59,103 nucleotides of DNA from an uncultured Gammaproteobacteria bacterium (GTDB lineage: Bacteria; Patescibacteriota; Microgenomatia; UBA12405). How positions within the stretch are numbered: position 1 is the stretch's first letter; every line of letters starts with the position of its first letter. The notes under the pieces are model-generated. The model saw nothing but the letters and a program-made list of their open reading frames with translations, searched no databases and was not told the DNA's origin. The stretch lies in assembly GCA_964582365.1 (NCBI GenBank), contig CAZOQV010000003.1:1-59103 (forward strand), in the 5' to 3' direction. The translations under genes and the position numbers were made by a program. Shown piece after piece: positions 17,738-26,188 of this stretch.

Positions 17738-19137
17738 AATTAAATATTTTTCGACCAATAATTGCCATTCTTATTTTGTTTATTCCTCTTTATCCTAAAT
17801 TTCCTTTAGCCAGTGTCAAGGGAACTTATGTCGCTATTCGCCTTGATGATATTGTTATCGCTTTGGCCATTTTAATTTGGTGTATTTATCAAATAATTCA
17901 CAAATTTCCAGTTTTTAAAGTTAAAATTACCAAATTATTTTTAGTCTATTTTACGGCTATTGTTGCCAGTTTTGTGACTGCTTTTTTAATCTACCAAACC
18001 GAACCTGCTAACATACTTATTCTTCATTTAATTAGACGTTTTCAGTATATGTCTTTGTTTTTTATTGCTATCCAAAGTGTCAAATCAAAACAAGATTTAA
18101 ATTTTAGCTATATTTTCCTTTTAATAACTACTTTTTTTGTCAGTCTTTATGGATATGGCCAAAAATATATCGGTTTTCCGGTAATTTCAACCATGAACTC
18201 TGAATTTTCCAAAGGCCAATTACTTCAAATGAGTACTTGGACTCGTATCAGTTCTACTTTTGCCGGACACTACGATTTAGCTGCCTTCTTAAGCGTCGCT
18301 TTAATAATTATTGGCATTGTTTTTATCATAAGTAAAAATAAATTAATCAAAATATCAAGTTTAATTATTTGGATTGCTGCTTATCCAATTTTAACTTTTA
18401 CTGCCTCTCGAGTTTCCATTTTCGCTTTTATCGGTGGCATTTGTTTTACTCTTTTTGTTCTAAAAAAATATTTTTGGACTATTCCTTTCATTTTTCTTTT
18501 TTTCTTTAGTATTATTAACTCAGCTGAATTAAGTCAAAGATTATTGGCTACCATTCCTGCTTTTAAGACTCAATTAACTAAAAAAACCACTATTACTCCA
18601 ACTATTGTTCCAACCGTCATTCCAACTTCTGTTCCAGTTGTCGCTGTTATTTCTCAAACTCCAAATTCTATTAAAATATCACCAACTCCAACTATGGTTC
18701 GTCACGTTTCCACTGAAATTTTTCCTACTGCCGACATTGACGCTGGTGTTGCTCGATCTGGCGAAATTCGTTTTAATGTTGAATGGCCACGAGCTTTACG
18801 GGCTTTTAGTAAAAATCCCATTACTGGTAGTGGTCTCGGGTCTATCACCTTAGCTACCGACAATGATTATCTCCGATCTTTAGGAGAAAGTGGGTTATTA
18901 GGTTTTGCCACTTTTGCAATTATTAATCTATATTTCATAATAAAAACAATCCCTAAAATATTTAAAAGAAAATCTACCGTCTGCGATCAATTATCTATTA
19001 TTTTTTTAGGTTGTTTATTAACAACTTTAGCTAACGCTATTTTTATCGATGTTTTTGAAGCTTCAAAAACTGCTTATCTTTTTTGGATAATGATGGGCTC
19101 TTATTACCAATTACTCAATTTTAAAGATGAAAAATAA
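17722..19137 (+). CDS. O-antigen ligase / Wzy-like polymerase family membrane protein
   Basis: About 10 TM segments. Wzy_C-like FTASRVSIFAFIGG. A large loop has a Pro/Thr/Val-rich linker (TPTIVPTVIPTSVPVV...SPTPT). C-terminal TM pair. Confidence 0.65.
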   Translation: MFKNLKLNIFRPIIAILILFIPLYPKFPLASVKGTYVAIRLDDIVIALAILIWCIYQIIHKFPVFKVKITKLFLVYFTAIVASFVTAFLIYQTEPANILILHLIRRFQYMSLFFIAIQSVKSKQDLNFSYIFLLITTFFVSLYGYGQKYIGFPVISTMNSEFSKGQLLQMSTWTRISSTFAGHYDLAAFLSVALIIIGIVFIISKNKLIKISSLIIWIAAYPILTFTASRVSIFAFIGGICFTLFVLKKYFWTIPFIFLFFFSIINSAELSQRLLATIPAFKTQLTKKTTITPTIVPTVIPTSVPVVAVISQTPNSIKISPTPTMVRHVSTEIFPTADIDAGVARSGEIRFNVEWPRALRAFSKNPITGSGLGSITLATDNDYLRSLGESGLLGFATFAIINLYFIIKTIPKIFKRKSTVCDQLSIIFLGCLLTTLANAIFIDVFEASKTAYLFWIMMGSYYQLLNFKDEK

Positions 19138-20338
19138 AAGAAAGATTTTAATGATTACTCCATATATTCCACGTCTTTCTCAGTCTGGTGGTCAAAACAG
19201 CTCTTTTTATTCTATAAAATATTTATCACCCGACAACGACATAACTTTAATTTGTCTTAGCGCTGACGAAGAAGGTTTAGATGACGTCAAGCCATATTGT
19301 TTAAAAGTTGTCGTCGTTAAACGAGGTAAAACTTGGGATCCTAAAAAAGTTTTATTAACTGGTCTCAGCCCTTATCCTTTTTTAGTGATGAAACATATCA
19401 ACAAAAACTTTCGTCAAGCAATTCAAAATGAACTAGATTCCAACTCTTTTGACCTCATCCACTGTGACTGTTTTTATCCAATGCCCAACATTCCCGATAC
19501 TAAAATCCCTATCGTCTTAGTCGATCTTACAATTGAATATAATGTTTATAAACATTACGTCGAGACTGTCACTGGCTGGAAAAAAATAATTAAGCCACTT
19601 CTTTGGATTGATGTTCTTAAGTTAAAATACTGGGAAACTCATTATTGGAAGCATACTCACACTGTTGTTGCCTTTGCCGAAGAAGACCAAAAACTAATTT
19701 CCAAAATTACTGGCCGTACCGATATTAAACTTTTTAAAAACGGAGTGGACAATAAATTTTTTGATTCAAAACCAAAAACTGACAAAAGCAAACATCCTTC
19801 CATTCTCTTTGGTGTTTCTAATATGAAGTGGATGCAAAATCGCGAATCAGTCGAAATGATTATTAAAGATTCTTGGCCTGAAATTAAAAAGGAAATACCC
19901 GAATGTAAACTTTACATTATTGGTCGTCACGCTCCTGATTATTACGGTCATTATCAATCCGATGATGTAATTGTTGAAGAAGCTGATTTTGATGGTCAAC
20001 CAAAAGATCCCATCTATTATTATCAACATTGTTGGACCTTAATTGCTCCAATGGGCAGTGGGGGAGGAACTCGTAATAAATTTCTTGAAGCCATGGCCTG
20101 TAAACTTCCAATTGTTACCACTCCAGAAGGTATGGGCGGCATTAAAATTGAAAACTTTAAACAATCTATAGTTTGTGACTATAAAGATATAGCCAAATAT
20201 ACCATTAATCTTTTAAAAGATGATAAAAAAAGAACTATTATGGGGAATGAAGCCAATAAACTCATCAGCAGTAAATATTCATATCAAAGTAGTGTTAATG
20301 GCTTAAACCAAATTTATAAAGAAATTACCAAAATATAA
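19127..20338 (+). CDS. glycosyltransferase family 4
   Basis: KILMITPYIPRLSQSGGQ N-terminus. C-terminal IAPMGSGGGTRNKFLEAMACKLPIVTTPEG. Confidence 0.8.
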   Translation: MKNKRKILMITPYIPRLSQSGGQNSSFYSIKYLSPDNDITLICLSADEEGLDDVKPYCLKVVVVKRGKTWDPKKVLLTGLSPYPFLVMKHINKNFRQAIQNELDSNSFDLIHCDCFYPMPNIPDTKIPIVLVDLTIEYNVYKHYVETVTGWKKIIKPLLWIDVLKLKYWETHYWKHTHTVVAFAEEDQKLISKITGRTDIKLFKNGVDNKFFDSKPKTDKSKHPSILFGVSNMKWMQNRESVEMIIKDSWPEIKKEIPECKLYIIGRHAPDYYGHYQSDDVIVEEADFDGQPKDPIYYYQHCWTLIAPMGSGGGTRNKFLEAMACKLPIVTTPEGMGGIKIENFKQSIVCDYKDIAKYTINLLKDDKKRTIMGNEANKLISSKYSYQSSVNGLNQIYKEITKI

Positions 20339-21259
20339 ATGGATTTATCAATCATAATTTTAAACTATAATTCCGCTGATTATTTGAAAAAATGTCTGGA
20401 AAGTATCAGTAAATCAGATCTTGGTAATTATAAATATGAGGTAATTGTTGTTGATAATTCTTCTACTGATAACAGTATTGATCTCGCCAAAAATTTTACT
20501 AATAATTATCTACGATCTACGATCTACGATCTGCTTAAAACTAATTTGGGCTTTGCTCATGGCAACAATCAAGGTCTTAAAGAGATAGACTCTAAGACTA
20601 GATTTGTTTTATTTTTAAATCCAGACACTCTTGTCGAGAAAGATACTTTAAAAAATATGATTAGTTTTTTTGATCAAAATAAGAATGTCGATGCCGCTAC
20701 TTGTCAAATAAATCTTGCTCTTACAAACCAAATGCAACCAGAATGCCATCGTGGTTTTCCTACTCCTTGGAATTCTTTATGTTACTTTACTGGTTTATCA
20801 AAGTTATTTCCTCATTCTAAAATATTTTCTGGCTATTTTATGGGTGATTTAGATATTTCTGTTCCACACAAAATTGATGCCTGTGTCGGTGCTTTTTTAA
20901 TGGTTAAAAAAGAAGTTGGCGATAAAATTAAATGGTGGAATGAAAAATATTTTTTCTACGGCGAAGATCTTGATTTCTGTTATCAATTAAAGAAAAATAA
21001 TTTTAATTTATATTTCAATCCAAATTGTAAAATTACCCATTTTCAGGGAGTTTCTTCTGGTCTAATAACTAAAAGCAAACATCTTTCCAAGGCATCTCGA
21101 GAAACCAAAATTAAAGTAGCCAAAGCCAGTACTCAAGCCATGAAAATTTTTTATCAAGAAAATCTTTTATCCCATTATTCAGCTCCAACTAAATTTTTTG
21201 TCATGAGTGGTATTAAAATACTAGAACTTAAAAGAATTCTCAAAGCCAAATATCTATAA
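20339..21259 (+). CDS. glycosyltransferase family 2 with an internal ATCTACG array
   Basis: LSIIILNYNS, VVDNSSTDNS, NLGFAHGNNQG, FFYGEDLDF. Confidence 0.85.
   Translation: MDLSIIILNYNSADYLKKCLESISKSDLGNYKYEVIVVDNSSTDNSIDLAKNFTNNYLRSTIYDLLKTNLGFAHGNNQGLKEIDSKTRFVLFLNPDTLVEKDTLKNMISFFDQNKNVDAATCQINLALTNQMQPECHRGFPTPWNSLCYFTGLSKLFPHSKIFSGYFMGDLDISVPHKIDACVGAFLMVKKEVGDKIKWWNEKYFFYGEDLDFCYQLKKNNFNLYFNPNCKITHFQGVSSGLITKSKHLSKASRETKIKVAKASTQAMKIFYQENLLSHYSAPTKFFVMSGIKILELKRILKAKYL
20508..20535 (+). repeat. ATCTACG heptamer array (3 perfect units + 1), in-frame in GT2
   Basis: ATCTACG x3, then ATCTGCT, read as YLRSTIYDLL. It lies immediately upstream of NLGFAHGNNQG. Confidence 0.9.
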
Positions 21260-21310
21260 GACAGTCTAGTATCTTCCAATATCTTCTAATATATTCTAAA
21301 ATAATCTAAT
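21251..21310 (+). repeat. 10-nt-period direct repeats (consensus ATNTTCTAAT) filling the spacer up to the fic ATG
   Basis: Units tatctataag acagtctagt ATCTTCCAAT ATCTTCTAAT ATATTCTAAA ATAATCTAAT. The last unit contains the A and T of the start codon (21309-21311). Confidence 0.7.
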
Positions 21311-22205
21311 GAAAGATTATAATGATCTTGTTATTCAAATTGAAGCTTTAAAACTTTTTTTTAAAAAACTTGAAACCCATCAAGCTATTAAAAAAAATAT
21401 TCTTCGAAATTCTTTATTAAAAAGTGCCAGATTTTCAAGTAAAATAGAAGGTGCAGATTCAAAACTAGAAATTGATAATCTTTTCAAGGCCTATCAATAC
21501 ATAACTTTAAAAAAATCGCCAAAAGAGATATCTTTAAATTTTATAAAGGAACTCCATAAAATTGTTTTAAATAATATTTCTTCAGACTCTGGGCAATTTC
21601 GTACCGAACCTTGTGCTATTTACAACACTGCTGGTGTCGCTATTTATCTGGCTCCTCCAGCTCAAAAAATTCATGAATTACTAAATAATTTAATTGAAGA
21701 GATTAATAACAGTCAAGAACATTGTTTAATCAAAGCTGCTATTTTTCAATTTAAATTTGAAAAAATACATCCATTTTTGGACGGTAACGGTCGTATCGGC
21801 CGTCTTATTTCTTATCTAATTTTATATAAAAATGGTTTTTCCTTTAATGGCTATTTATCTCCAGAAGAATATATAAGTAAATATCGTGAAATTTATTATG
21901 ATTGTTTAGACTCAGACAAAGATTATCAACCTTTCGTTAAGTTTTTTTTAGAATCTATTCTAAATCAGATTAAAACAACTTTTAATGATTTAAAAAATCC
22001 AAATAATCTTAACCATCTTTTACCTCGCCGTCGTGAAATTTATGAAATAATAAAAGATCACCCCAATTGTTCCTTTGATTTTATAAATCGTCGTTTTACT
22101 AAAATTAATCCAAAAACACTTCACTACGATTTATCTAGATTACAAAAAGAAAATTTAATTATTAAAGCTGGTGTCTCTCGTGGAGTCACTTATGTTATAA
22201 AATAA
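21309..22205 (+). CDS. Fic family protein (class II, N-terminal inhibitory motif) with a C-terminal winged-helix-like tail
   Basis: Canonical Fic motif HPFLDGNGRIGRL. N-terminal SSKIEG matches the (S/T)xxxE(G/N) inhibitory helix. The C-terminal ~70 aa is HTH-like (TLHYDLSRLQKENLIIKAGVSRGVTY). Confidence 0.9.
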   Translation: MKDYNDLVIQIEALKLFFKKLETHQAIKKNILRNSLLKSARFSSKIEGADSKLEIDNLFKAYQYITLKKSPKEISLNFIKELHKIVLNNISSDSGQFRTEPCAIYNTAGVAIYLAPPAQKIHELLNNLIEEINNSQEHCLIKAAIFQFKFEKIHPFLDGNGRIGRLISYLILYKNGFSFNGYLSPEEYISKYREIYYDCLDSDKDYQPFVKFFLESILNQIKTTFNDLKNPNNLNHLLPRRREIYEIIKDHPNCSFDFINRRFTKINPKTLHYDLSRLQKENLIIKAGVSRGVTYVIK

Positions 22206-22218
22206 AATAAAACAAAAC

Positions 22219-23364
22219 ATGAAACATATTGTTATTGACGCTCGTCTCTATGGCCCAAAACACACCGGTATTGGTCGCTACACCAAAAATCTTCTCAAAG
22301 CCTTAGTTAAACTCTCTGATTTTAAAAATTATAAATTTACTTTAATAATTTATAAAGAATTAGAAAAAGATGTTAAAAAAGATTTAGGTGATAATTTTAA
22401 TTATGTTACCACCAACATTAAACATTATTCCCTAAAAGAACAACTTTTTTTACCTTTTATTCTTTATAAATTGCACCCAGATTTAGTCCATTTCACTCAT
22501 TTTAATAAACCAATTCTTTATTTTAAAAAATCAGTCGTCACTATTCATGACTTAATTAAACATTTCTCTAAAGGCAAAGAAACCACCACTAAAAGTCAAC
22601 TTTTGTACAAAATAAAATATCTTGGTTATTTAATTTTAATTCGCACCATTGTTACTCGAAATCAAATTATTGTTCCTAGTAATTTTTGGCGCGATTTTTT
22701 AATCAAAAAATATCACTTAAAAGATTCCCACGTTGTCACCACTTATGAAGCCGTCGACCCTACTTTTTTACCAAACACCAATAAAGAAGAAGTTGAAAAT
22801 TTGAAATTAGAAATTGGAAATTGGAAATTGGAAATTGGAAATTATATTATTTATACGGGTAATCTTTATCCCCATAAAAATATTATTGTTGTTTTAAAAG
22901 CTCTTAAAAAATTATCCAACATAAAACTAAAAATTATTTGTGCTCGTGATTTTTTTAGTGAAAAATTATCAAAACAGATTAACCATCTTAAAATTAAAGA
23001 CCAAGTTGAATTTCTTGGTTATCTCGACGATCAACAATTTAAAGAAGTTTATCAACAGGCTTTAGCCCTTGTTCATCCATCTTTAATGGAAGGTTTCAGT
23101 TTAACTGGTCTTGAAGCTATGGCTTTAAATTGTCCGGTTGTATCGTCAAATTCAAGTTGTCTTCCAGAAATTTACGGTGATTCAGTTCTCTATTTTGACC
23201 CTCAAAATCCAGACGATTTAGTTGAAAAAATTAACCAACTAAAAAACAATTTAGGCCTACGCCAAAAATTAATTGATCTCGGACATCAACAACTCAAAAA
23301 ATATTCCTGGAATAAAACTGCCGAACAAAGCATGACTGTTTACAAGAAAATATTAGAAATTTGA
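22219..23364 (+). CDS. glycosyltransferase family 4 with internal and terminal TTRGAAA arrays
   Basis: HIVIDARLYGPKHTGIGRY N-terminus. C-terminal VHPSLMEGFSLTGLEAMALNCPVVSSNSSCLPEIYG. Confidence 0.85.
   Translation: MKHIVIDARLYGPKHTGIGRYTKNLLKALVKLSDFKNYKFTLIIYKELEKDVKKDLGDNFNYVTTNIKHYSLKEQLFLPFILYKLHPDLVHFTHFNKPILYFKKSVVTIHDLIKHFSKGKETTTKSQLLYKIKYLGYLILIRTIVTRNQIIVPSNFWRDFLIKKYHLKDSHVVTTYEAVDPTFLPNTNKEEVENLKLEIGNWKLEIGNYIIYTGNLYPHKNIIVVLKALKKLSNIKLKIICARDFFSEKLSKQINHLKIKDQVEFLGYLDDQQFKEVYQQALALVHPSLMEGFSLTGLEAMALNCPVVSSNSSCLPEIYGDSVLYFDPQNPDDLVEKINQLKNNLGLRQKLIDLGHQQLKKYSWNKTAEQSMTVYKKILEI
22793..22841 (+). repeat. TTRGAAA heptamer array (7 units, four perfect TTGGAAA), in-frame in GT4
   Basis: Units TTGAAAA TTTGAAA TTAGAAA, then TTGGAAA x4, read as ENLKLEIGNWKLEIGN. 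It lies directly before the first strand (YIIYTGNL) of the C-terminal domain. Confidence 0.92.
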
Positions 23365-23387
23365 AATTAAAAATTTGAAATTAAAAA
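23353..23387 (+). repeat. TTRGAAA-family array containing both the TGA stop of one GT4 and the TTG start of the next
   Basis: Units TTAGAAA TTTGAAA TTAAAAA TTTGAAA TTAAAAA. Stop at 23362-23364 and start at 23375-23377 sit in successive copies of the 14-nt unit TTTGAAATTAAAAA. Confidence 0.85.
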
Positions 23388-24460
23388 TCGCATTATTTTA
23401 TGATTGGTTAAATCAGTGGGGCGGAGCTGAAAAGGTTTTACTTGATCTAATTAAAATTTATCCTGAAGCACCAATCTATACTTTAATTTACGACCCTAAA
23501 AAAACCAAATGGCTTCCCAAAAAAATTAAAATTATTCCCTCTGTTTTAGACAAATTATCTCTTTCAAAAAAAAATTCTATTCTTCAAACTCCATTTTATG
23601 CCCTATCTTTAAAACAATTTGATTTTTCTCAATATGACATTGTTATCTCTACTACTCAAGTAATTGGTCATAGTCTCTCTATTCCAAAAAACACTCTTTA
23701 CGTCTGTTATTTTCACAATATTAATCGTTATATTTATCAAACTCCACCTGGTTTCAAACTTTTAAAACCACTTCTAAATCTATATCAAAAAATTGATTTT
23801 AGTTATGGCCAAAAACCAGATTATTTATTTTGTAATTCCAATACTGTTAAAAAAAGAATTGCCGATGCTTATAAAAGAGAAGCTAAGACAATTTATCCTG
23901 GCATTGACACTTCATTTTTTGTTCCCTCAAAAAACAATTCTAATGAAAAATATTTTTTAATAGTATCTCGTCTTGTTTCTCACAAAAAAATTGATCTTGC
24001 TATTCAAGCCTGTCATCAATTAAATCAAAAATTATATATTGTCGGCGCTGGTCGTGACAAAAATAAATTAAATAATTTAATTAAATCTCTCAAAGATCCC
24101 AATATTAAACTATTAGGCCAAGTCGACAATAATAAATTATTAAATCTTTATCAAGAATGTTTGGCTTTAATCTGCCCTCAGCTAGAAGATTTCGGATTAA
24201 CTCCGATTGAAGCTCAATCATGTGGCAAACCAGTTATTGCCTACGATAAAGGGGGATTAACCGAAACAGTTATTAACGATAAAACCGGAATTTTATTCAA
24301 TCATCAAACTGTCGAAAGTTTAACTTCTGCTCTTAAAAAATTTAATCCAAATAATTTTTCCAAAGAGACTTGTCAAAAAAATGCAAAAAAATTTTCTAAT
24401 CAAAACTTTATGCTAAACTTTAAAAAAGAAATAGATCTCCTATGGAAAAACCATCAATAA
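23375..24460 (+). CDS. glycosyltransferase family 4
   Basis: KIALFYDWLNQWGGAEKVL N-terminus. C-terminal ICPQLEDFGLTPIEAQSCGKPVIAYDKGGLTETV. TTG start. Confidence 0.8.
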   Translation: MKLKIALFYDWLNQWGGAEKVLLDLIKIYPEAPIYTLIYDPKKTKWLPKKIKIIPSVLDKLSLSKKNSILQTPFYALSLKQFDFSQYDIVISTTQVIGHSLSIPKNTLYVCYFHNINRYIYQTPPGFKLLKPLLNLYQKIDFSYGQKPDYLFCNSNTVKKRIADAYKREAKTIYPGIDTSFFVPSKNNSNEKYFLIVSRLVSHKKIDLAIQACHQLNQKLYIVGAGRDKNKLNNLIKSLKDPNIKLLGQVDNNKLLNLYQECLALICPQLEDFGLTPIEAQSCGKPVIAYDKGGLTETVINDKTGILFNHQTVESLTSALKKFNPNNFSKETCQKNAKKFSNQNFMLNFKKEIDLLWKNHQ

Positions 24461-25530
24461 ATTACTATCATCTTATCCTCTGTGGTGGAACCGGGCCCCG
24501 ACTTTGGCCTCTCTCTCGAAAAAGTAAACCAAAACAATTTCTTTCCTTATTAGACAAACAATCTCTTTTGGTACAAACCATCAAAAGATCACAACGAGTA
24601 GTTGATAGTAAAAATATTTACATAGTTTCCAACAAAAATTATATTGATCAAATAATTAAAATTGCTCAAGAATTTAAGATAACCAAAAATATAATCATTG
24701 AGCCAGAAAAGAAAAATACCGCCTTGGCCATTCTTTACGCCACTATTAAAATTAAACAAATAGATCCAAATGCTGTTATCAGTACTTTTCCTTCAGATCA
24801 CTACATCAGAAATGTTGCTCGTTTTAAAACAACTCTTAACCAGGCCAAAACAATTGCTCATTTAACTGATGATATTGTTACCATTGGAATTAAGCCAACC
24901 AAACCAGAAACTTCTTATGGTTATATTTGTCCCGACGAAAAAATCGAAAATTATTATCATGTTTCTAAATTTATTGAAAAACCAGATCTTCAAAACGCTC
25001 AAAAATTAATTGATAAAAATGCTTTTTGGAATTCTGGTATTTATACTTTTTCTATTTCTGCTTTACTTTCTGAATTTAAAAAATTACAGCCAGAATATTT
25101 TAAGATTGCCATGGATTTGGAAAAAAACTTAGATTATCCCCAAAAAATAGCTCAAATTTATCAAGACTCACCAGATCTTTCAATTGATCATGCTATTTCT
25201 GAAAAAACATCAAAAATGTCCATGGTTCCGGCTAGTTTTGATTGGACTGATATTGGAGAATGGGAAACTATTTTTGCCAGTTCACCTAAAAAGAAGGATA
25301 GTCACGCCATTATTGATCATAAAACTCAATATTTAAGTGTAAATTCACAAGGCTGTTTAATTTCTGGATCAGATAAAAAAATTATTGGTTTAGTCGGAGT
25401 TAATAACTTAGCCGTCATCGACACTCCAGATGGATTATTAATTTGTAATTTGGACTCTAGTTATAACGTCAGAGATTTAGTAAGCTTGATGGTGAAAAAC
25501 AAAAAATACAAAAAATATTTTTTAAACTAA
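24442..25530 (+). CDS. manC: mannose-1-phosphate guanylyltransferase (NDP-sugar pyrophosphorylase)
   Basis: ILCGGTGPRLWPLSR nucleotide-binding loop, PEKKNTA, FPSDHYI, YGYI and the WNSGIY motif. Confidence 0.8.
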   Translation: MEKPSINYYHLILCGGTGPRLWPLSRKSKPKQFLSLLDKQSLLVQTIKRSQRVVDSKNIYIVSNKNYIDQIIKIAQEFKITKNIIIEPEKKNTALAILYATIKIKQIDPNAVISTFPSDHYIRNVARFKTTLNQAKTIAHLTDDIVTIGIKPTKPETSYGYICPDEKIENYYHVSKFIEKPDLQNAQKLIDKNAFWNSGIYTFSISALLSEFKKLQPEYFKIAMDLEKNLDYPQKIAQIYQDSPDLSIDHAISEKTSKMSMVPASFDWTDIGEWETIFASSPKKKDSHAIIDHKTQYLSVNSQGCLISGSDKKIIGLVGVNNLAVIDTPDGLLICNLDSSYNVRDLVSLMVKNKKYKKYFLN

Positions 25531-26169
25531 ATGAAAAAAAAATTATTCAAAATCTTTAAAAGAACTATTGATATTATAGGGTCATTAACTCTTCTTATTC
25601 TGTTTTTTCCAATCATGTTGATCACCATGATTCTAATAAAAATAAGTTCACCTGGTCCTATTTTTTTCAAACAAAAAAGAGTTGGTAAAGATAATCAACC
25701 ATTTTGGATGTATAAATTTCGCTCTATGTACACTGGTGATAATGATAAAAGATTAAAAGAAAATTATCCCGAACTTTGGAAAAAATATAAAGATTGTGGT
25801 TGGAAATTAGAAATGTCTGAAGATCCTCGTATTACTCCAATTGGTAAAAAAATTAGATCACTAACCATCGACGAATTCCCTCAATTAATCAATGTTTTAA
25901 AAGGGGACATGAGTCTAGTTGGTCCTAGAGCTTACCGAGAAGAAGAACTTCAAGAACAAGAAAAAAAATATCCCAAAACCGAAAAATATATCAAAATCAT
26001 TCGATCAGCCAAACCTGGCATCACTGGTGTTTGGCAAACTTCAGGTCGAAATGATATTTCTTTTGAACAACGAGCTAAAATGGACGCCAATTATATTCAA
26101 AAGCAATCTTTTACCGAAGAAATCCTAATTATACTTAGGACACCAACATCCATGTTGTCACGTTGGTAA
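25531..26169 (+). CDS. undecaprenyl-phosphate sugar phosphotransferase (bacterial sugar transferase family, short form)
   Basis: IFFKQKRVGKDNQPFWMYKFRSM, DPRITPIGKKIRSLTIDEFPQLINVLKGDMSLVGPR, PGITGVWQTSGRND. Confidence 0.9.
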   Translation: MKKKLFKIFKRTIDIIGSLTLLILFFPIMLITMILIKISSPGPIFFKQKRVGKDNQPFWMYKFRSMYTGDNDKRLKENYPELWKKYKDCGWKLEMSEDPRITPIGKKIRSLTIDEFPQLINVLKGDMSLVGPRAYREEELQEQEKKYPKTEKYIKIIRSAKPGITGVWQTSGRNDISFEQRAKMDANYIQKQSFTEEILIILRTPTSMLSRW

Positions 26170-26188
26170 ATTTTAGCTAAACTATTAC

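Noticed and set aside
22793-22841. CRISPR array as an explanation for the short direct repeats.
   Set aside because: The period is 7 nt with no spacers. The units are contiguous and lie within coding sequence. No cas genes are present in the window.
25802-25815. A possible two-unit TTRGAAA-like match (GGAAATTAGAAATG, peptide WKLEM) inside the priming sugar transferase.
   Set aside because: It has only two units and is not tandem beyond 14 nt. It lies in a region that is part of the normal protein sequence, so it is compatible with chance in AT-rich DNA.
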